A stretch of DNA of 18,928 nt, taken from assembly GCA_947347075.1 (NCBI GenBank), contig CANADC010000019.1:1-18928 (forward strand), read 5' to 3'. Below the pieces are notes generated by a model. It made no database searches, had not been told where the DNA came from, and worked only from the letters and a program-made list of their open reading frames with translations. Position 1 is the first letter of the stretch. The number at the start of each line of letters is the position of its first letter. The stretch comes from an uncultured Clostridia bacterium. Its GTDB lineage: Bacteria > Bacillota > Clostridia > Lachnospirales > Lachnospiraceae. The position numbers were made by a program, and so were the translations under genes. Positions 1-5,605 of the stretch are shown piece by piece.

Positions 1-5
1 AGCAT

Positions 6-27
6 ATAGTCCTTGGAGAGGGACTAT
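6..27. promoter_or_regulatory. Perfect inverted repeat ATAGTCC-N8-GGACTAT directly upstream of the recombinase gene; candidate operator or recombinase binding site
   Basis: The palindrome is read directly in the sequence (6-12 pairs with 21-27). It lies where a -35 element would sit relative to TATAAT at 42-47. Serine recombinase genes commonly carry their res/att or autoregulatory site immediately 5' of the gene. Confidence 0.3.
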
Positions 28-41
28 AAACACTACTACTT

Positions 42-55
42 TATAATACGAGGAG
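42..55 (+). promoter_or_regulatory. Putative -10 (TATAAT 42-47) and RBS (GAGGAG 50-55) of the recombinase gene
   Basis: Consensus -10 hexamer and a Shine-Dalgarno 11 nt before the ATG at 67. No clean -35 is present, because the palindrome occupies that position. Confidence 0.3.
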
Positions 56-66
56 TGTAAAGAATA

Positions 67-1248
67 ATGAGTATATTTAGTAGAAATACAAAGGAAAGAC
101 AAGAATCTTTCAGTATGAGAAAGTTCTTTTTTGAGTGCAGATTTGATGATATCTTGAATACAAATAGGCTTTTAAGAGTTGCCAGATATGCCAGAGAATC
201 TACAAATCATCCAGATCAGTTGCAGGCGTTACATAATCAAGCGGAACGTTTAGATTCTTTGATCAAAGAGCATATTTATTTTACAATTGAAGAAAGGCAT
301 CGATATACAGAAAGGGGTATCTCAGGAAGAAGTATAGAAGATCGAGCAGCATTTCAGCTTATGTTGGAAGCAGCCAGACGAAGGGAGTTTGATTTAATTA
401 TTGTTCAAGATATTTGCAGATTTGCTAGGAATTTACGTGAATTATTAAATACAATTGAAGAGTTAAAAGAATATGATATTGGAGTTTTAATACTGGATGG
501 AAAGTATTGGACATTTAATATGGACGAAACAGATATTATTCGTTTGTCAGTTGATGGAGGATTGGCTCAGAGCGAGTCAATGAGGACGGCGAAAAGGGTT
601 AATAATGGTGTTCTTTCTTATAGAAAGAAAGGGCAATTAGTGGTATCAGGGTTATTTGGTTATATTTATGTAAAAGCTGTGGATAGGAAGAATAATACTT
701 TTCGGATTGATCCAGTTAATGGATTGACTGTTAAGACAATTTTTGATTTATATACCGATCCTGATTTAACGAAGCGTATGGGAACTCAAAAAATTGCAAA
801 TTATTTGATTGAACATAAGATGCTGACAGCAAGAGGAGATTTGGGTTGGAGTGCATCTAAGGTAAACCGAGTTCTTAGAAATGAAAAATATATGGGGTAT
901 CTGTTATATGGAAAGTTTAAAGTAGAAGATACCATGACAAAAAAGAAGATTGCAACCAAAATTAAACCAATCAGGGAGGATGTTTATGACAAAGAAGGAA
1001 ATTTGGTAGAACAGTGTAACTTAGTGAAAGGAAATTGGGAGTCAATTGTATCAGAGGAACAGTGGTGGCTTGCTTATCAGATCCGAAATGAAAAAGCAGT
1101 AGATTATATTTATTCAGTAAAAGGTTGTATGGTGAATGGTTTAAGAGAGTCTGTTGATATTATTGCGAATAAAAGTTTCTGTCAATGTGGATATTCGTTA
1201 AGCCCTCAGTATGTTCATACTGCAATATTGGAGGGCTATTACTGTTAA
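67..1248 (+). CDS. Large serine recombinase (resolvase/invertase catalytic domain plus recombinase domain), apparently 3'-truncated within the zinc-ribbon region. It has an unusual ~37-aa N-terminal extension.
   Basis: The catalytic-serine motif VARYARESTNHPDQ matches YxRVSTxxQ. DICRFARN matches the D-R-x-S-R-N region. The GISGRS...DIGVLILDG...VNNGVLSYRKKG block is typical of large serine recombinases. The product is 393 aa against a usual 450-550. It ends CQCGYSLSPQYVHTAILEGYYC, just as a CxxC zinc ribbon begins. The stop codon TAA is provided by the 36-bp repeat at 1243-1278. Confidence 0.85.
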   Translation: MSIFSRNTKERQESFSMRKFFFECRFDDILNTNRLLRVARYARESTNHPDQLQALHNQAERLDSLIKEHIYFTIEERHRYTERGISGRSIEDRAAFQLMLEAARRREFDLIIVQDICRFARNLRELLNTIEELKEYDIGVLILDGKYWTFNMDETDIIRLSVDGGLAQSESMRTAKRVNNGVLSYRKKGQLVVSGLFGYIYVKAVDRKNNTFRIDPVNGLTVKTIFDLYTDPDLTKRMGTQKIANYLIEHKMLTARGDLGWSASKVNRVLRNEKYMGYLLYGKFKVEDTMTKKKIATKIKPIREDVYDKEGNLVEQCNLVKGNWESIVSEEQWWLAYQIRNEKAVDYIYSVKGCMVNGLRESVDIIANKSFCQCGYSLSPQYVHTAILEGYYC

Positions 1249-1278
1249 GATTGCTGTAAAGTAAGAGAGAAAAAGAGG
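1243..1278. repeat. 36-bp direct repeat copy R1 (TGTTAAGATTGCTGTAAAGTAAGAGAGAAAAAGAGG) overlapping the last two codons and stop of the recombinase ORF
   Basis: 34 of 36 positions are identical to 2171-2206. Both copies begin TGT TAA and terminate the ORF they abut. Confidence 0.85.
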
Positions 1279-1305
1279 CTTGAAGAAATGATCAAGCCTT
1301 TTTTA
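1276..1305 (+). terminator. Rho-independent terminator after the recombinase gene
   Basis: Stem AGGCTTGA (1276-1283) pairs with TCAAGCCT (1292-1299) and is followed by a T6 run. Confidence 0.6.
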
Positions 1306-1373
1306 GTTTAGACGATCAGAATAAATTGCATTTTGGGTTATTTTTTGCTATAATTATATTAAAATCGTAGAGT

Positions 1374-1590
1374 TATTTAGTTTCTAAAAGGATATATAAA
1401 AAGTATTTGTTTTCATATAAGATTTTGTTGTTTTCTGTTGTAGACGCTACGATTATAAAGATAGTAATGTGTATATAAAATATGAAGGCTTATGTTTCAT
1501 GAGATAAATGGATATAGGAAAGTGAAACGTTACTTGTCTTATACTGGGAGATATTTATTACAATTTCGGTATATGGAAATGCGGAGGAAC
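1374..1590 (+). repeat. Leader repeat copy L1 (~217 bp; promoter plus upstream noncoding region of cassette 1), ~90% identical to 2223-2431
   Basis: Aligning the two regions by eye gives near-identity from TATTTAGTTT through AATTTCGGTATATGGAAAT. Each copy contains a -10-like TTATTACAAT or TTATTATAAT with an upstream TTGTCT or TTGCCT. Copy 1 has an extra ~90 bp (1591-1680) between the repeat and the RBS. Confidence 0.85.
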
Positions 1591-1685
1591 ATATTGTAAA
1601 TATTTTAATCTAAAGAGAAATAAGTTTTGAGATGATAAATTTAAGAATCATTGAAAAAAATTTGATAAGAAAGGGGGTTTATATA

Positions 1686-1925
1686 ATGGAAGAGCGATTG
1701 GATTGGAAACAAATAGTAGAAAAGTACCCGAACCAGTGGGTTGGTTTAACAGAAGTTGAGTATGAAGAAGATAATGATGCAACAATTAAAACTGCTATTG
1801 TGAAATATACAAATAAATCGAAAGATGAATTAACTTGGATGCAGTTTGAAACTTCTGGTGCATTGATAGGCATTTATACAACACCTGATAATGTATTTCA
1901 GTTAGGAGTACTGGGGGGTTTTTAA
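1686..1925 (+). CDS. Cassette gene A1: small (79 aa) protein of unknown function, translationally coupled to B1
   Basis: RBS AAGGGGG sits 8 nt before ATG 1686. The stop overlaps the B1 start (TAATG). It is ~50% identical to the 2451-2690 product, with shared EKYP-QWVGL, TIK/ESAIV-YT and YTTPD motifs. The supplied ORF starts at 1632, but the RBS supports 1686. Confidence 0.6.
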   Translation: MEERLDWKQIVEKYPNQWVGLTEVEYEEDNDATIKTAIVKYTNKSKDELTWMQFETSGALIGIYTTPDNVFQLGVLGGF

Positions 1926-2176
1926 TGAAACAGTTTACATTACATTTAGTTAAAGAAAAGTCAAGACCTATTGTAGAGCTAAAAAATTGGAATAATATTT
2001 ATGCATTGTTGGATACAGGGGCAATCTATCCTATTTGGACAGCAGATGAAAGGATTCTGATTCGATTTGGTGCAACATTGAAAGAGAAGGGTGTTTCGTT
2101 TGGAGGGTTTGGTGGTAAAACAAGTGGAAATAAAAAATCAACGATAGATTTATTCCTGAAGGGTTGTTCTTGTTAA
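1925..2176 (+). CDS. Cassette gene B1: retropepsin-like aspartic protease, 3'-truncated copy (83 aa)
   Basis: ALLDTGAIYPIW contains the hydrophobic-hydrophobic-D-T-G-A active-site signature of clan AA retropepsins. VSFGGFGGK resembles the Gly-rich flap (HIV PR has IGGIGGF). The homologous copy B2 continues ~70 aa further. B1 is cut short where repeat R2 supplies TGT TAA. Confidence 0.55.
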   Translation: MKQFTLHLVKEKSRPIVELKNWNNIYALLDTGAIYPIWTADERILIRFGATLKEKGVSFGGFGGKTSGNKKSTIDLFLKGCSC

Positions 2177-2206
2177 GATTGCTGTAAAATAAGAGAGAAA
2201 AAAAGG
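2171..2206. repeat. 36-bp direct repeat copy R2, overlapping the stop of B1
   Basis: TGTTAAGATTGCTGTAAAATAAGAGAGAAAAAAAGG matches 1243-1278 at 34 of 36 positions. Confidence 0.85.
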
Positions 2207-2222
2207 TTTGAAATTGCAAAGG

Positions 2223-2431
2223 TATTTAGTTTCCAATATATAAAAAGTATTTGTTTTCATATAAGATTTTGCTGTTTTCTGTTGTAGATGCTACGATTAT
2301 AAAGATAGTAATGTGTCTATAAAATATAAAGGCTTATGTTTCATTAGATGAATGGATATAGGAAAGTGAAATGTTACTTGCCTTATATTAGGAGATATTT
2401 ATTATAATTTCGGTATATGGAAATATAGAGG
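2223..2431 (+). repeat. Leader repeat copy L2 (promoter and leader of cassette 2)
   Basis: Near-identical to 1374-1590. It contains TTGCCT-N18/19-TATAAT and runs directly into RBS AAGGGAGGG. Confidence 0.85.
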
Positions 2432-2450
2432 AATAAAGGGAGGGTTTATA

Positions 2451-2690
2451 GTGTTAGAAGAAAGATTAACGTGGGAACAGATACAAGAAAAATATCCAGA
2501 TCAATGGGTAGGATTATTAGATGTAAAATATGAAGAAAATGATGGTATAACCATAGAATCAGCTATTGTAGAATATACGGGATTGTCGATGGATGCTTTA
2601 ACAAAGATGATGTTGCATGGGAAATGTGTAGCAAGATATACTACACCCGATCATGCATTTTCATTAGGAATGATAGAGGTGTTATCATGA
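2451..2690 (+). CDS. Cassette gene A2: paralogue of A1 (79 aa, GTG start)
   Basis: RBS AAGGGAGGG sits 8 nt upstream of GTG 2451. The product MLEERLTWEQIQEKYPDQWVGL aligns with A1 along its full length. The stop overlaps the B2 start (ATGA). Confidence 0.6.
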   Translation: MLEERLTWEQIQEKYPDQWVGLLDVKYEENDGITIESAIVEYTGLSMDALTKMMLHGKCVARYTTPDHAFSLGMIEVLS

Positions 2691-3146
2691 AACAGATAAC
2701 ATTAAATTTAGATAAAAAACAGCAAAGACCAATGGTATTATTACAATCGGGATTAACTGCTTTACTTGATACAGGTGCTTTTATGCCAGTATGGACAGGC
2801 GGAAAGGAATTGTTAGAAGAAGAATTTGGTGGAGAGTCACAAAATCGTAAGGTTTCATTTTCAGGGTTTGGTGGGAAATTATGGGGGGGATTTATATTCT
2901 GTAACATTGTCAGTTGGTGATTTGATATTTAATCATATGTCAATCATTGTAAGTAATAATTTGGGAATAACACCGTACCAGTTTATTATGAGTGCTACTA
3001 TGTTTGATCATTTAATTTATGAAGTTGATATGAAATGGCATAAACTTAATATAAAAATTCCAGATGATGAGAGTTTTGTTAGAAATTTAAGGTTAGTAGA
3101 TAAGAATGGAAAAATGTATATTTTATGTCATTCTGAACAAAAGTAG
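2687..3146 (+). pseudogene. Cassette gene B2: full-length retropepsin-like aspartic protease (~153 aa), interrupted by a +1 frameshift at the G7 run 2883-2889
   Basis: Frame 2687 reads MKQITL...ALLDTGAFMPVW...VSFSGFGGKLWGG, then stops. Frame 2826 continues DLYSVTLSVGDLIFNHMSIIVSNNLGITPYQF...ILCHSEQK to 3146. Removing one G from the G7 tract joins the two frames into one ORF. That ORF aligns with B1 as far as B1 extends (STIDLFL against SVGDLIF). Confidence 0.6.
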
Positions 3147-3169
3147 AATAGAAATGGAAAAACAAGTAT

Positions 3170-3214
3170 AGGTTATGAGCAAGTAGCAAAGCGGATTGCG
3201 AATATCCGATTTGA
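3170..3214. repeat. 45-bp direct repeat copy D1 (AGGTTATGAGCAAGTAGCAAAGCGGATTGCGAATATCCGATTTGA)
   Basis: 43 of 45 positions are identical to 5298-5342. It contains the small internal palindrome CGGAT-TGCGAAT-ATCCG. Confidence 0.8.
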
Positions 3215-3242
3215 TTTTGATAAATTGTGAATGTCTTCTTTT

Positions 3243-3272
3243 TTGATATACTAAAAAAAGAGGTAGTATGAT
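3243..3272 (+). promoter_or_regulatory. Sigma-A-type promoter for the transglutaminase-like gene
   Basis: TTGATA (3243-3248), an 18-nt spacer, then TATGAT (3267-3272). Confidence 0.45.
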
Positions 3273-3372
3273 ACAAAATGGATAGAAGATATTATTTAAA
3301 GATTGGCAAAAGGTGAACCATTACCAGAGAAAAATAAAGATTATTCTCGCAATGGCTTCTATGGAGGAAAAA

Positions 3373-3990
3373 ATGAATGTAGTTTTATATTCAAATAAAG
3401 TTGACGAATATTTAAAACAGGATAATGTGGTTGATTATGATAATGAAGATATTATAGAATTGGCTGATAAATTATTTAGGAAAGCAAGTAATGAACTTGA
3501 TTTCATTAAAATAACTTATGAATTTGTCAGAGATAATATTTTACATTCAGCAGATATAAATGAAGATGTCATTACATGTGCTGCTTCGGAAGTGCTAAAA
3601 GCCGGTCATGGAATTTGCTTTGCTAAATCTCACTTATTGGCAGCATTATTACGATGTAAATCTGTTCCGGCAGGTTTTTGTTATCAAAAATTAATTTTAG
3701 ATGATGAAAAAGCTCCTGTCTTAATTTATCATGGATTAAACGGCGTATATATAAAAGACTGTAAAAAATGGATAAGGCTTGATGCGAGAGGAAATAAAAT
3801 TGGTGTAAATGCACAGTTTTCAATAGAAAAGGAACAGCTTGCATTTCCCATTCGTTCTCAAATGGGAGAATCGGATAGTTTTATAGTATATCCTGATCCT
3901 GATATAAAGATATTAGAAAAATTAAGAGAAAGTAAGACGAGAACAGTACTTTGGGATAATCTGCCTACTGAACTTGGATATAACAAATAG
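3373..3990 (+). CDS. Transglutaminase-like superfamily cysteine protease or transglutaminase-like enzyme
   Basis: GHGICFAKSHLLAALLRCKSVPAGFCYQ matches the TGase-core G-x-C-x-x-F-A...LLR-x-x-x-I-P-A-R motif and includes the catalytic Cys. The downstream His (IYHG..VYI) and Asp (WIRLDARG) complete the Cys-His-Asp triad. RBS GGAGGA precedes ATG 3373. The supplied ORF begins at 3313, but 3373 has the RBS. Confidence 0.7.
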   Translation: MNVVLYSNKVDEYLKQDNVVDYDNEDIIELADKLFRKASNELDFIKITYEFVRDNILHSADINEDVITCAASEVLKAGHGICFAKSHLLAALLRCKSVPAGFCYQKLILDDEKAPVLIYHGLNGVYIKDCKKWIRLDARGNKIGVNAQFSIEKEQLAFPIRSQMGESDSFIVYPDPDIKILEKLRESKTRTVLWDNLPTELGYNK

Positions 3991-4416
3991 TATCTAATGC
4001 CAGTTTATTTAAACCAATATTGTCACAATCATAATGGAATAATAACATCGTATGAGAGCATATAGAAAACGAGTCTATATGTTCTATTTTTATGTAAAGG
4101 AATAGATTTATAAGCAAAGACAGTAGGCAGGACAAAGAAAAAGAATAGGATAGGTTACAATAAAAATGATAATTTTTTTAAGGTTATATAGTAAAAAAGG
4201 ATATATTAATAAAAAATATAATATTTTTTTATTAGAAATAGTTTTATATGAAAAATTGATTGGAAAGATTAGGGAAAGGGGATGATTCAATTATTTTTTA
4301 AGGGATTTAAAATAAAATTGTAATAAATATTTCCTTCTTTAGAAAATTGTGATACAATAACTCTATGGGAGGATTTTGAGATTGTTTTAGGATATGCGTA
4401 AGAAAGGAGAAGAATT

Positions 4417-5130
4417 ATGGAACAAATGAAAATTACACCAAAAGACAGCAGACTTCGTGCTCTGAGTATAGTGGTTTCTGAATATGAAATTGATTTTGAT
4501 CCAGAATTGCTAGAACCGGTAACGGCTCTGCTTCGTAAGATTTTAGGGGCAGAAAAGGAAGATGAAAAGTATGGGAAATATGCTTATCTGATTGAAACGG
4601 TAAGGGAATTTGACGGGGAGACTTTTTATCATTTAATCGGTGTGGGGTTACTTGCTGGGGTTACAGCGAAGATTATGGATTTGAGTGATACTGAGTTTGA
4701 GAAAATTGTAATAGCTGGTGTACTCCATGATATTGGAAAAGTGATGGTAGGAACTGATATTTTAAGAAAACCATGTGGCGTTTCCGAAAAAGAGATGATT
4801 CAGATTCGTAAGCATCCAATCTATGCATACCGACTTCTTTCTGAGGTTGAGAAGGACTCCGATATTTTATTTGGTGTGTTGATGCATCATGAACGGTTCT
4901 GCGGCGGGGGATATCCGCTGAATTATAATGGGGAGCAGATTCCGTTGTGTGCTCGTATATTAGCAGTTTGTGATACGTTTGATGCATTGACTTCCAGCCG
5001 TCCTTATCATACAAAGAGCAGTGTGCAGGATTCACTTTATTATATTGTGCGTTCGACTCGATATGATCCTTATGTCAGTTCGGCGTTTAAGACAGCTTTC
5101 CAAGGAGGAAATTGTGCTTGGTGGAAGTAA
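4417..5130 (+). CDS. HD-GYP domain phosphodiesterase (c-di-GMP or cyclic-dinucleotide hydrolase family)
   Basis: GVLHDIGK supplies the HD motif. MHHERFCGGGYP matches HHExxDGSGYP, the GYP motif. A conserved ILAVCDTFDALTSSRPY block is present. RBS AAAGGAGA precedes ATG 4417. Confidence 0.85.
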   Translation: MEQMKITPKDSRLRALSIVVSEYEIDFDPELLEPVTALLRKILGAEKEDEKYGKYAYLIETVREFDGETFYHLIGVGLLAGVTAKIMDLSDTEFEKIVIAGVLHDIGKVMVGTDILRKPCGVSEKEMIQIRKHPIYAYRLLSEVEKDSDILFGVLMHHERFCGGGYPLNYNGEQIPLCARILAVCDTFDALTSSRPYHTKSSVQDSLYYIVRSTRYDPYVSSAFKTAFQGGNCAWWK

Positions 5131-5169
5131 AAGAGGGAAAGAGGAAAAATAAAAAGAGATAAACAAAAG

Positions 5170-5205
5170 GTTCTGAAAGTAATTTATTTTCAGAACTTTT
5201 TATTT
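5170..5205 (+). terminator. Rho-independent terminator after the HD-GYP gene
   Basis: GTTCTGAAA (5170-5178) pairs with TTTCAGAAC (5188-5196), followed by TTTTTATTTT. Confidence 0.65.
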
Positions 5206-5227
5206 TGTTTGAATTCGATCTTGGTTT

Positions 5228-5302
5228 AACCTCATCAAGGAAGTCCCCCGCTTCTAAGCCGCCAAGGCGAAAGCGGTGGGTTGGGACTTCCTTGATGAGG
5301 TT
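5228..5302. other. 75-nt structured element: perfect 20-bp inverted repeat (AACCTCATCAAGGAAGTCCC / GGGACTTCCTTGATGAGGTT) enclosing a 35-nt loop with a nested CCGCTT...AAGCGG hairpin
   Basis: The two arms (5228-5247 and 5283-5302) are perfectly complementary. No T-run follows, so it is not a simple terminator. It abuts repeat D2. Confidence 0.6.
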
Positions 5303-5342
5303 ATGAGCAAGCAGCGAAGCGGATTGCGAATATCCGATTTGA
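5298..5342. repeat. 45-bp direct repeat copy D2
   Basis: AGGTTATGAGCAAGCAGCGAAGCGGATTGCGAATATCCGATTTGA differs from D1 (3170-3214) at 2 positions. Confidence 0.8.
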
Positions 5343-5605
5343 CATAGAGTTTAGTTTAAGGTTAGGTTTATGAAAGGGATTTTATAAGCGGGAAAAATGG
5401 GGGATATTCTTATGGGGATTTTAAAGAGAACCTGTATTTTTCTGTAGAAAAAGGGAGAAGAAAATCACAATTCGAACAAATGGTCGAAAAAATTATTAAA
5501 ATATCGTAAATTCACTGGAAAAAAAGAAAAGGTTGTGGTAGAGTAAGTTAGAAATGGCTTTCGGATAATAGAGAGGAATCAGAAAAAAGAAAGGAAGATG
5601 GAAAC

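Noticed and set aside
1632-1685. The 18-codon N-terminal extension of gene A1 (MINLRIIEKNLIRKGVYI) given by the ORF track
   Set aside because: No RBS precedes 1632. A strong AAGGGGG RBS precedes ATG 1686. The paralogue A2 starts at the equivalent MEERL/MLEERL position.
4108-4290. 60-aa minus-strand ORF in the AT-rich intergenic region
   Set aside because: It encodes poly-Ile/Leu/Lys/Phe, a composition-driven translation of A/T-rich DNA. It has no RBS.
4291-4416. Possible c-di-GMP riboswitch or other leader upstream of the HD-GYP gene
   Set aside because: The region is extremely AT-rich with no GEMM-like GC-rich helices. Only a promoter-like TGTGATACAAT and an RBS are evident.
5343-5605. Proximity of a gyrB-like gene suggested an oriC/dnaA region with DnaA boxes
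   Set aside because: No dnaA, dnaN or recF genes are present. No TTATCCACA-type box cluster was seen. The A subunit looks ParC-like.
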